Below are positions 7,817 through 15,493 of a DNA stretch of 15,493 nucleotides, in pieces (within the stretch, counting starts at the first letter, position 1; every line of letters begins with the position of its first letter). Below the pieces are notes generated by a model. It saw only the letters and a program-made list of their open reading frames with translations, was not told the DNA's origin and did no database searches. This DNA comes from Candidatus Hermodarchaeota archaeon (GTDB lineage Archaea > Asgardarchaeota > Hermodarchaeia > Hermodarchaeales > Hermodarchaeaceae). The position numbers and the translations under genes are program-made. The stretch is taken from the NCBI GenBank assembly GCA_016840065.1, contig JAEOTB010000026.1, positions 1 through 15,493 on the forward strand, read 5' to 3'.

Positions 7817-8710
7817 ATGCCTCTTGAAGTTGTTATAGGGCAGGCTGCTGGTTTGATGTGTGCTGCACTCTTTGGCCTCTCCAATATCGTATACAAATCA
7901 CAAAGCGATGAGATTCGACCACTAGCAATAACCTCACTCAAGATGTGGGTTTCTCTCCCACTAATGACTGCCCTAGTAGTACTTCCTTTTACTCTTGGGG
8001 TAAGCTTGGTACCTATAGCGGCCATTCTTCCGCTTACACTGTCAATTATCCCTGGGGCGATAATTGGAGACATGATCTACTTCTACAGTCAGGCTCGTAT
8101 AGGAGTATCACGGGCTTTTCCTATTGCTATGATTTTTCCACTCATCACTTATCTCCTATCAATAATCCTATTGGGCGATATCTTCGTCTTGAATAGATTG
8201 TTTGGGATGATATCGGTGATATTAGGGGTAAGTATTATTACTCGTGAGCAGGCTGTTCAGTTACCTGAAAGCCAACCCAAGACATCGCTAGACAGGCTTG
8301 GCGTTGTATTAGCTTTGATTGCAGCAGTTTTCTGGGCTGTCGCCTCTATTTTTGCCCAAATCGCTCTTATCGGTGTAGACCCGGTCAACGCTAATTTCGT
8401 CCGCATACTAGCTGGTTCAGTCACGTTGGTCCCAGTTTTCACACTGGCACACAGACAAGGGATGCCTTTACCCACGAGGAAAGCTACAAAACTTACACTT
8501 GCTGCAGGGTTCTTTGGTATGGGTCTGGGTTCGCTTGGGTACGTTTTTGCAGTGAAATTCACAGGGGCTGCAGTGTCTGCAGTGTTGTCTTCGACTGCTC
8601 CACTCTTTGCCATCCCTGCGTCCGCCTACTTTCTGAAAGAGAAAATAACGCGGGGAGTAATCTTGGGAACACTAGCAACAGTGATTGGTGTTTGGCTCGT
8701 CATCTTGTGA
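7817..8710 (+). CDS. EamA/DMT family transporter (about 10 TM, two EamA repeats)
   Basis: Duplicated 5-TM halves with IGVSRAFPI..IFPL and TGAAVSAVLSSTAPLF...FLKEKIT. ATG 7817 is preferred over TTG 7760. Confidence 0.92.
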   Translation: MPLEVVIGQAAGLMCAALFGLSNIVYKSQSDEIRPLAITSLKMWVSLPLMTALVVLPFTLGVSLVPIAAILPLTLSIIPGAIIGDMIYFYSQARIGVSRAFPIAMIFPLITYLLSIILLGDIFVLNRLFGMISVILGVSIITREQAVQLPESQPKTSLDRLGVVLALIAAVFWAVASIFAQIALIGVDPVNANFVRILAGSVTLVPVFTLAHRQGMPLPTRKATKLTLAAGFFGMGLGSLGYVFAVKFTGAAVSAVLSSTAPLFAIPASAYFLKEKITRGVILGTLATVIGVWLVIL

Positions 8711-8762
8711 TAGTAACAATGTCCTATGTAGTGAATTCTAACTCTTGGGAATTTCAACACTC

Positions 8763-8768
8763 TTTTAA
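8763..8768 (+). promoter_or_regulatory. TATA-like box, probable leaderless or short-leader transcript of the cysteine hydrolase
   Basis: TTTTAA about 30 nt upstream of ATG 8799, with no SD. Confidence 0.45.
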
Positions 8769-8798
8769 TCTGTCAGGATTATTTCAAGCTGAATAACC

Positions 8799-9335
8799 AT
8801 GAAGGCGCTAATAATAATTGACATGCTGAACGATTTTGTAACAGGGGATCTTAAGACTGATCGTGCTCAACGGATCATTCCCAACCTTCGTCTACTCATT
8901 GATGCCTTTCATAAGCACAAATTACCAGTAATCTTTTCTAACGATGCTCATTATGAGGTAGATTTTGAGATGGCTAAATGGGGGCCGCACGCAATGGCTG
9001 GCACAAAAGGTGCTCAAGTGATTCCTGAGCTAGCTCCAACGAAGGACGACATCATTATCGAAAAACGTACGTATGGCTCTTTCTTTGAAACTCCCTTGGA
9101 TAGCATTCTCCGAATACACAAAGTAGATACTGTTGTGAACGCTGGACTACACACCCATATTTGTGTACGTCATGCATCAGCTGAAGCGTTCTTCCGCGGC
9201 TACAAAATTATTGTACCTCAAGACGCTGTGGAAGCCTTTACCGAGAAGGATCACACTAGCGGTCTAGCCTATCTTAAGGATGTATACGACGCAAGGATAA
9301 TCGATACAAGCACCTTAATCAAAGAACTTCCATAA
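8799..9335 (+). CDS. pncA: Isochorismatase-family cysteine hydrolase, probable nicotinamidase
   Basis: Catalytic Asp (IIDMLNDF), Lys (IEKRTY) and Cys (HTHICV). Metal ligands D-x-H (NDAH) and WGPH. Adjacent to nicotinate PRTase. The family is secure; substrate is inferred. Confidence 0.8.
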   Translation: MKALIIIDMLNDFVTGDLKTDRAQRIIPNLRLLIDAFHKHKLPVIFSNDAHYEVDFEMAKWGPHAMAGTKGAQVIPELAPTKDDIIIEKRTYGSFFETPLDSILRIHKVDTVVNAGLHTHICVRHASAEAFFRGYKIIVPQDAVEAFTEKDHTSGLAYLKDVYDARIIDTSTLIKELP

Positions 9336-9370
9336 TCCCTCTTTCATGCTCCCTTGTTTCTCCTTGGAAA

Positions 9371-10789
9371 TCAGATACCTTTCGGTTGTCGTCTGCGACT
9401 AAACTTCCTTTTTACACGTGATAGCTGGGGACTTAGTTTCACAGGATACGTTGCTGCGTTGCTGAGTTGACGGTATCGTCTAGGTAACTGGTGGAGCTGA
9501 TTTCGGCAATACTCTCGGCTCTCTTCAAGTGAAGGGAAATCATAAACTAGCCGACCCTGCTGGATAATGGGCACAAGAAGGGGTGTTGCATCAGGAATCG
9601 GTTCATCCCAGCGGGCCAGAGTATCTCGGTGGAACTGCTCTTTCCTACTGAAATGACGATAGACCTGTTTCCGAAAAGGCAACAACACCTTTCCTGGACT
9701 CAATTTCACCTTTGGAATGCTTCTTCCATCCTCAATTCGCTCCACGAGCTTGTAAACACCTGGCAGGGCAGAGGGACCTCCCTCTCCGGTTAAGGGATTA
9801 TAGTTTGCACCAGTGGACAATCTGGTGCCAACACCAAAACCATCGACTGGAGCACCAGCCTTTAGCATCTCTTGTATTCGGTACTCGTCGAGGTCGCTAC
9901 TCACGAAGATCTTTACGTCCCTAAATCCCGCGTCATCAAGAATTTGACGCGCAGCCTTACTCAAGACGACGAGATCGCCACTATCGAGGCGGATTCCCTG
10001 TAACTTATAGCCTCGGGATTCCAGCTCTCGACCAACAATACACGCATTCCGAACACCCTCAAGCGTATCATAAGTATCAACCAATAGAATGGTGTTGTGA
10101 GGAAAGCACTCAGCGTATTCACGAAATGCTTGTAGTTCTGTCGGGCGGTTCTGGATGAAAGCATGGTGAATCGTACCAATATACGGGATATCCCACATCT
10201 TTCCCCCAATTACAAGTGATGTTCCAGTTGCTCCTGCGAGGTAGGATGCACGTGCGGATAATAGCGCGGCATCGCGCCCATGAGCACGGCGCGCGCCAAA
10301 ATCGACAATAGTCCTATCCTGTGCGACATCCACCATTCGTGCTGTTTTCGTTGCGATGAGGGTCTGAAAGTTCATCTGATTGAGTATGTAGGTTTCGAGG
10401 AGTTGAACTTCAATGGCTAGGCCTGTGACGCTTAACATCGGTTCTCCAGGAAACATTATCGTCCCTTCTGGGACAGCATGGATATCTCCGCTGAAACGGA
10501 ATTCCTTTAGGAACTCGAGAAAGCCATTTCTGAAATCTGGTGTCGATGTAGCTTCCAGCCATCCTAGATCTTTTTCTTCAAAATTTATTTCTAAAGTGAA
10601 GGCAATTACCTGTTCCAGTCCTGCAGCAACTAGATAGGATCCAAAGGGTAGGCGACGTACGAAATATTCCTCCGTCACTATGGTTTGTTTTCCATAGATG
10701 AAGTCTGGTTTAGCACTTGTTAGCTCGTAATAATCTAAGAAAAGTGCTAAATCACTCTTGGTCAATAAACCTAGCTTTGGCTGTCGCAC
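9371..10789 (-). CDS. pncB: Nicotinate phosphoribosyltransferase
   Basis: DYYELT, DFGARRAHG, GTIHHAFI (phospho-His region), LLVDTYDT, GIRLDSGDL, SSDLDE, GFGVGT, GVYKLV. GTG start with GAAGGGA upstream. Confidence 0.95.
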   Translation of the reverse strand: MRQPKLGLLTKSDLALFLDYYELTSAKPDFIYGKQTIVTEEYFVRRLPFGSYLVAAGLEQVIAFTLEINFEEKDLGWLEATSTPDFRNGFLEFLKEFRFSGDIHAVPEGTIMFPGEPMLSVTGLAIEVQLLETYILNQMNFQTLIATKTARMVDVAQDRTIVDFGARRAHGRDAALLSARASYLAGATGTSLVIGGKMWDIPYIGTIHHAFIQNRPTELQAFREYAECFPHNTILLVDTYDTLEGVRNACIVGRELESRGYKLQGIRLDSGDLVVLSKAARQILDDAGFRDVKIFVSSDLDEYRIQEMLKAGAPVDGFGVGTRLSTGANYNPLTGEGGPSALPGVYKLVERIEDGRSIPKVKLSPGKVLLPFRKQVYRHFSRKEQFHRDTLARWDEPIPDATPLLVPIIQQGRLVYDFPSLEESREYCRNQLHQLPRRYRQLSNAATYPVKLSPQLSRVKRKFSRRRQPKGI

Positions 10790-10869
10790 GAGATCAAATC
10801 CCTTCAGAACAATATCAAAGATATAGGAACGTCAGTGTTCACTCAAAAGTTTTGGCAATGATTTCTCAG

Positions 10870-12000
10870 CTACACTGAAGTCGGAATCAACAGTTCTACT
10901 ACTGATTCAAGTCCTTTTACGAGATGCTGTTCATTATGACCGTAGCCAATACGAATGTGTTGAGGCATAAGAAAGTGATCTCCTGGAGCTAGGAGGACAC
11001 TCTTTTCACGAATCAACCGATACACCAACTCGACAGAATCTATCTCTCTGCTGTATTTGGCAAGACAGATTGCGCCACCCTTAGGTGCAATACATTCGAA
11101 AAGTTCGCCATTGTTTCGAAGCCAATGCTCTACAACTGACCAATTATTTCGCAGAATGGTCCTTGTCCGCTTGATTATTCTCTCCCTATTTTTCTGCTTA
11201 AGGGCAACAATCGCTAAGGTATCACTGAGCATTGAAGGAGCTATGCTAGTATAATCAGTGTGTGCCCAAAGGTCAAAAATCACATCTTTACTCGGGCTAG
11301 CTATCCAGCCAACTCTCAATCCTGGGAGTCCGTACGCCTTTGATAGGCTATTTGTGACAAGAACTTTGTCATAAAAATCAAACATACTAGGGGTTGTCTT
11401 TCCATCTAGTTCAGCTCCTTGATAGACCTCGTCTGACAAAACCCATGCTCCAACGTCCTCAGCAATCTCTGCAATAGCCTTCAACTGATCTAAACCCATA
11501 ATTGCCCCAGTTGGATTGTTTGGGTTACAGATGGCGACCAAACAGGTTTTCTTAGAGATCGAATTCTTCAACTCCTCAATGTCTGGAACCCATGCTGAGC
11601 CATTGTTTCTAAGCCAGAAGGGCTTTACACGGGCTCCAAACGCCTTTCCAATACCCCAAATCTGCATGTAATTTGGAAGCTGAATGATTAACTCGTTTCT
11701 TTCTTTGTACTCCTGAATACACCTCCATGTAGCCACGAAATTCGCTTCAGCACCTCCATTTGTCACAGTGATGTTATCAGCTGTTGCTCCTGCATATTGT
11801 TGGCTGATTAGTTGACGAAGTGCTATCGAACCATTAGTTTGAGGATATCCAAGCTTATTATCAAGTAAGGATCTTTGAGATTGATTGCCAAGGAGTTCAA
11901 TAACCCTCATTGGTTCTACGCCGCTCTCGCTAAGATTATACTTCACAACATGCTCCCATTCTGATTGAATTCTTTCTAGCTCAAACCGTTCTAGCTTCAA
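10870..12000 (-). CDS. PLP-dependent aminotransferase class I/II
   Basis: CNPNNPTG, SDEVY, SLSKAYGLPGLRVGW (PLP Lys), C-terminal IRIGY. TTG start with GGAGG at 12011-12015 on the minus strand. Confidence 0.94.
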   Translation of the reverse strand: MKLERFELERIQSEWEHVVKYNLSESGVEPMRVIELLGNQSQRSLLDNKLGYPQTNGSIALRQLISQQYAGATADNITVTNGGAEANFVATWRCIQEYKERNELIIQLPNYMQIWGIGKAFGARVKPFWLRNNGSAWVPDIEELKNSISKKTCLVAICNPNNPTGAIMGLDQLKAIAEIAEDVGAWVLSDEVYQGAELDGKTTPSMFDFYDKVLVTNSLSKAYGLPGLRVGWIASPSKDVIFDLWAHTDYTSIAPSMLSDTLAIVALKQKNRERIIKRTRTILRNNWSVVEHWLRNNGELFECIAPKGGAICLAKYSREIDSVELVYRLIREKSVLLAPGDHFLMPQHIRIGYGHNEQHLVKGLESVVELLIPTSV

Positions 12001-12142
12001 CTTGGTTTTTCCTCCTTCGGTTTCCTAACCACTGATGTTTTTTATACCATCTGGCTAGCTAGAATTAGTACGTATTATTTGAGGGAAGGATTACCTTCAA
12101 GGAATAAGGCTGTACCTATTCAGTTCCCATGCAAATGATGTC

Positions 12143-12838
12143 TTAGCCTTGTTTTTCTCCTCGGACAGAGATGACTGTCTGATGGAGGGGTATGCTCTTA
12201 CCTGACTTTGCTAAGGCTAGCTCTACAATACGTTGGAGCCCTGAGCAACAGGGTACCTCCATAATGGCCAGAGTGATGCTCTTGATTGTGTTTACACGCA
12301 GTATTTCTGCTAACTTTTCTACGTATCCATGAGCGTCATCGATCTTTGGGCAACCAAAAACTACAGTCTTGCCTTGAAGGAATTCTTGGTGGAAGTTACC
12401 ATAGGCGAATGGTACACAATCTGCTGTTATTAGTAGGTCCGCGTTCTGAAAGAATGGTGCCTTTATTGGAACGAGTCGTAAGGCGATAGGCCACTGTCGA
12501 AGTGCAGATGGTACAGCAGCAGAACTAGTTTCTGTTGCTTCCGCGTGTCCTTTAGAGTGGGTGACCACCTGTTGGCAGCCTCCTTCGCATCCTGCTGTCT
12601 GGGCTAGGTGCTTCTCTACGGCTTCTTCGTCAAAATCTTCAGCTTCGCGCTGGATGATACGGAGCGCTCCTTGAGGGCAATGGCCTAGGCATTCTCCTAG
12701 TCCATCACACAGATCGTCACGAATCAGGCGAGCCTTTCCGTCAATGATTTGTAGGGATCCTTCAGCACAGTTGGGTATGCACTCGCCGCACCCATTGCAC
12801 TTCTCTTCGTCAATCTCTATGATGTCTCTTACAGGCAT
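12143..12838 (-). CDS. Fe-S protein: N-terminal ferredoxin dicluster domain plus conserved Cys-rich C-terminal domain
   Basis: CNGCGECIPNC and CDGLGECLGHCP; C-terminal QWP.....VP..APFF..ADLLI.ADC, GCPKID and MEVPCCSGL, a family widespread in anaerobes. Confidence 0.92.
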   Translation of the reverse strand: MPVRDIIEIDEEKCNGCGECIPNCAEGSLQIIDGKARLIRDDLCDGLGECLGHCPQGALRIIQREAEDFDEEAVEKHLAQTAGCEGGCQQVVTHSKGHAEATETSSAAVPSALRQWPIALRLVPIKAPFFQNADLLITADCVPFAYGNFHQEFLQGKTVVFGCPKIDDAHGYVEKLAEILRVNTIKSITLAIMEVPCCSGLQRIVELALAKSGKSIPLHQTVISVRGEKQG

Positions 12839-12847
12839 ATTTCATTA

Positions 12848-12903
12848 TCCCCGTTTTATCTACTTATTAACATAAATTATATTTTCACTAATAAAATATT
12901 ATT
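12848..12903 (-). promoter_or_regulatory. AT-rich promoter (BRE/TATA-like) and SD of the Fe-S gene
   Basis: The minus strand reads GAAAATATAATTTATG with TTTATG at 12871-12876, and GGGGAT shortly before ATG 12838. Visibly very AT-rich relative to the rest of the window. Confidence 0.55.
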
Positions 12904-12935
12904 GTTGTCCTAGTCCAAATAACGAAACCTAATAG

Positions 12936-12979
12936 GAAAAAGAAGAAACACCGCCCGGCCACTAGAAGCAGCCGAGCGG
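12936..12979 (-). terminator. GC-rich hairpin plus U-rich tract terminator of the PGF-anchored glycoprotein gene
   Basis: Minus strand: CCGCUCGGC-(11 nt)-GCCGGGCGG-UGUUUCUUCUUUUU. The single imperfect pair is a U-G wobble only on the minus (sense) strand. Confidence 0.75.
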
Positions 12980-12994
12980 ATAAGAAGAGCGGGT

Positions 12995-14380
12995 TTAACG
13001 CTTGCGCCGACGTCGTCGAACAAGGAAGACAGCGCCCAGACTAGTAGCCAAACCTATACCAATAGCCTCAAGCGGGAAGCCAGGAATCGGTGGAGGAGTC
13101 GTAGCTTGTCCTATATTCGAATATGCCGTATACGTAGGATCGTGTTCAATCCTGTAACCGTGACACTCACTGAATGATGTAGCATACCAGAACGCCCCAG
13201 CTCCAAAAGTGGTATTAGCATTGTTGTAAAGGTCAAGTGGTCCGGAGAACGTACTCTGTAGATAGGGGCTCATGGCATACGCGAAGACACTGAATAAATC
13301 TGCGGAGAAAGGCAGTTGCCAGCCAACAAGTAAGAGATCAGTTAGGGTCGGTGTGACAACACTAGTATACGCAGGTAAGCTAGAGTTAATAGTGGTGTAG
13401 GGTGGTCCTACGTGGCCAGTTTCGTTGAGTACGTCATATGTACCTCGTGTGCCTACAGCAAAGGCGCGGGCACCTCCAGCTGTTACATTCGCGAACATCC
13501 AGTTGGTTGCATTACTGGGAGTAGTGCTACCGAGGGTTGTTTGGTATTGGGAAGCGAAGATGACAACAAAGTGGGCGGCACCAACCCCGATTCCATGAAG
13601 CGCATCCAGAGGATTAGGAACTTCGATTCCAAACCAGTAAGCTTCTTGAATCTGGCCAATGGTGTAGTAGGTTTCCGCAGTGATTTCTCCAGTAGCCGTA
13701 TCAACCTCTACGTCATACGTCACTGTGAATTCGCTGAAAGTCAATTCGAGAATGGGAGCAAAGAGTGTTACCCAGAACGCAGCCCAGTTGTTTGCAGCTA
13801 CTACGCGCATGGTGAGGTTCGTGTAAGTAACGCCAAACTGGTAGTGTCCATCACTGATTTTTGTAGCATCGATAGCTTCAACAGTGGGAGTGTGTTGTGA
13901 GTTACCTGTATCGACTCCGTAGGGAACCAAGAACCAGCGATCCTCCCCCGCGTTGGGGTATCCGTTCTCGGTTGTGTCGTTCCAGGCATACAGAAATGCG
14001 AGGAGCGCTCCTACGAAGATATCTCTTCCGTTCGGAGTCGTGAAGTGGAGGCCGAAGAGCTGATACGGGAGAGTCATATTGCATGGGTTTGTCCCATTGA
14101 CTTCGACCATACCAAGCGTTACAAGCATCGCTTGGAAACTACCCACAGGTGCCGAGTAGTTCACATAGCTTGCCATGAAGTTCGCTGTGCCGTTTGGTGT
14201 CTCAATTGGTACCGTGTCATCTGTCCAGTATTCCTCACTGAAATAGTGCCCAAATAGCGAATATTCGCTTCCTGGGGTCCATGTGCTTGGTGGTAGAGCC
14301 TTAGAAGTCGTTGGTGAAAGACCGAGTATCATTGAAAAGAAAAGTAACGCTATGCAAGCAATTTTTGTAGTCCTATTCAT
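12995..14380 (-). CDS. Secreted cell-surface glycoprotein with PGF-CTERM-like anchor
   Basis: Signal peptide MNRTTKIACIALLFFSMILGLSPTTSKA; 11 N-x-S/T sequons counted in the mature part; IEHDPTY just before a Thr/Pro linker; C-terminus IPGFP + TM + RRRRRKR. Confidence 0.88.
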   Translation of the reverse strand: MNRTTKIACIALLFFSMILGLSPTTSKALPPSTWTPGSEYSLFGHYFSEEYWTDDTVPIETPNGTANFMASYVNYSAPVGSFQAMLVTLGMVEVNGTNPCNMTLPYQLFGLHFTTPNGRDIFVGALLAFLYAWNDTTENGYPNAGEDRWFLVPYGVDTGNSQHTPTVEAIDATKISDGHYQFGVTYTNLTMRVVAANNWAAFWVTLFAPILELTFSEFTVTYDVEVDTATGEITAETYYTIGQIQEAYWFGIEVPNPLDALHGIGVGAAHFVVIFASQYQTTLGSTTPSNATNWMFANVTAGGARAFAVGTRGTYDVLNETGHVGPPYTTINSSLPAYTSVVTPTLTDLLLVGWQLPFSADLFSVFAYAMSPYLQSTFSGPLDLYNNANTTFGAGAFWYATSFSECHGYRIEHDPTYTAYSNIGQATTPPPIPGFPLEAIGIGLATSLGAVFLVRRRRRKR

Positions 14381-14432
14381 ATAAACTCAATTCCTTCGTT
14401 GAGTTGCTAACTAGTATTCTTCTCCTTCCAGG

Positions 14433-14480
14433 CTTAAAAAGAACTGGAGAAGTTCTTATCTGTGCCTAAAATCAGAACTT
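14433..14480 (-). promoter_or_regulatory. TATA-like box with adjacent 7-5-7 inverted repeat (candidate operator)
   Basis: Minus strand TTTTTAAG (14433-14440) adjoins AAGAACT-ggaga-AGTTCTT (14439-14457). A third half-site AGAACT is at 14474-14479. Confidence 0.5.
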
Positions 14481-14516
14481 AAAATTGCGATTTCCTTAAC
14501 AGAATTGGGGGAACAG

Positions 14517-14549
14517 AAAAAGGAGGGGGGTGCCCAGTCGGGCTGGGCA
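14517..14549 (-). terminator. Hairpin plus pyrimidine tract terminator of the Ig-repeat protein gene
   Basis: TGCCCAG-(5 nt)-CTGGGCA (14531-14549), 10 nt after the stop, followed on the minus strand by CCCCCCUCCUUUUU. Confidence 0.7.
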
Positions 14550-14559
14550 GGGTTTGTAC

Positions 14560-15492
14560 TTAACGACGACGTCGAATACAAACATAGAAAGTGACAACAA
14601 CCGCAAATACCACGATTGCACCAATAGCTGCATAAACAAGTAGGATCAGTAGGGGAATGCCTGGTTGAGTTGTAGTAGCAGCGTTGTCAACAGTTACTGT
14701 GATAGTGTCTGTGGCTGTAAGTCCCAAATTGTCCCAGATAGTGACATTAATAGTGTAGTCACCATTGGACGAGTCGGGAGTATTCCAGAAATAGGCATAG
14801 GGGGAAGTTGTATCGTTCAGGACTAATACTCCATTGAGGCGGAACTCCACTCTTTGAATGCCACTGCCAGGATCGCTAGCTGAGACTGTAACATCAACCG
14901 AACCACTGATTGTTGCACTGTCAACTGGATTAGAGATTGATATAACTGGGCTGACGTCATCGCCCACAATGTAGCTGTAATAGCTACCACCGTTATCATC
15001 GATTCGCAAATTGTCCTTGTTATCTGTCGCATTAATGTAGTACTCAGCTAAGGAACTCCAGGCCTGTGCAGGAATCTGTCCTTCATATGTGTCTGAGACA
15101 TTTGACATAATTATCTGCTGCCAAGGACCACTGTTGATTCGATAGTTAAGCGACACATTCTTCATTCCAGCTAATGCGTCAACTACATCTGCAGAGACGT
15201 CTACGATATCATAGTACATCACTGGAGTAGGAGAATGTCCAACCAAGCTTATTGTGGGTGGCGTCAAGTCAGTTACAGTGTAGTTCCAGAAAGCGCCGTT
15301 ATCTAAAGCGATGGTTACCATTGGCCAAGTATCATTAGCAGTGAAGAAGTATTCAACAAAGGTGCCGTTGGCTTGAGCAGGAATGGTTGAATTGTAGGTG
15401 ACCCCAGACTGCTGTAACATCGTACTATTCTGCCATGCTCCGCCACCAATACGATAATGGAAGAGTGCTGTGTCGAGGTCCTGTTCATACAC
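14560..15492 (-). CDS. C-terminal part of a membrane-anchored surface protein with tandem Ig/FN3-like domains; 5'-truncated by window edge
   Basis: Two related beta-rich repeats (YRI..G.WQ...M....Y...IPAQA.....EY...A.D......DNG...Y.V), then a bacterial-Ig-like domain (D..SPVISISNP...ISGSVDVTVSASD..SGIQRVEF.LNG...PY...WNT...NG.YTI.V...D..G...TITVTVDN), then TTTQPGIP + TM + RRRR. The frame is open to the window end. Confidence 0.9.
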   Translation of the reverse strand: MYEQDLDTALFHYRIGGGAWQNSTMLQQSGVTYNSTIPAQANGTFVEYFFTANDTWPMVTIALDNGAFWNYTVTDLTPPTISLVGHSPTPVMYYDIVDVSADVVDALAGMKNVSLNYRINSGPWQQIIMSNVSDTYEGQIPAQAWSSLAEYYINATDNKDNLRIDDNGGSYYSYIVGDDVSPVISISNPVDSATISGSVDVTVSASDPGSGIQRVEFRLNGVLVLNDTTSPYAYFWNTPDSSNGDYTINVTIWDNLGLTATDTITVTVDNAATTTQPGIPLLILLVYAAIGAIVVFAVVVTFYVCIRRRR

Positions 15493-15493
15493 A

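Noticed and set aside
8257-8613. 118-aa minus-strand ORF and the other 60-96 aa nested ORFs in the track
   Set aside because: All lie wholly or largely within stronger CDS on the opposite strand or in another frame, and lack motifs.
1782-8716. Pyrrolysine/selenocysteine readthrough at TAG/TGA stops, with nearby hairpins as SECIS/PYLIS
   Set aside because: Stops fall at natural protein ends and some are immediately backed by further stops (TAG TAA at 1782-1787; TGA TAG TAA at 8708-8716). No interrupted domain was seen.
4586-12838. Methyltransferase + radical SAM + aminotransferase + EamA exporter as a biosynthetic gene cluster
   Set aside because: The genes alternate in strand, have separate promoter-like elements and are interspersed with NAD salvage genes. 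No scaffold enzyme or precursor peptide is visible.
13412-13900. 162-aa plus-strand ORF
   Set aside because: Entirely antisense to the well-supported glycoprotein gene with no recognisable motif; treated as a shadow ORF.
1-15493. CRISPR array, tRNA/rRNA, IS element or prophage
   Set aside because: Intergenic gaps are all under about 180 nt, with no regularly spaced repeats, cloverleaf, transposase or integrase motifs recognised by eye.

Overview
Gene-dense, moderate-GC prokaryotic window that looks archaeal: TATA-like boxes lie about 30-55 nt upstream of starts, surface proteins carry many N-glycosylation sequons, and one has a PGF-type C-terminal anchor. An Asgard/Promethearchaeota-like origin is plausible but is inference only. 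There are 14 supportable CDS: two tandem paralogous family-5 ABC solute-binding proteins (the first 5'-truncated), an orphan ORF, a SAM methyltransferase, a radical SAM enzyme, a 4-TM membrane protein, a hemerythrin/HHE protein, an EamA/DMT transporter, a nicotinamidase-like hydrolase convergent with nicotinate phosphoribosyltransferase, a class I/II aminotransferase, an Fe-S protein, a secreted PGF-CTERM-like glycoprotein and the C-terminal part of an Ig-repeat surface protein. No rRNA, tRNA, CRISPR or mobile element was recognised. The most notable signal is in the two solute-binding proteins: both are circularly permuted relative to the OppA/DppA order, both are C-terminally anchored, and both end in an identical tail (RRRPHGFEP) in which 8 of 9 codons differ synonymously. 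No permease or ATPase follows them in the window.
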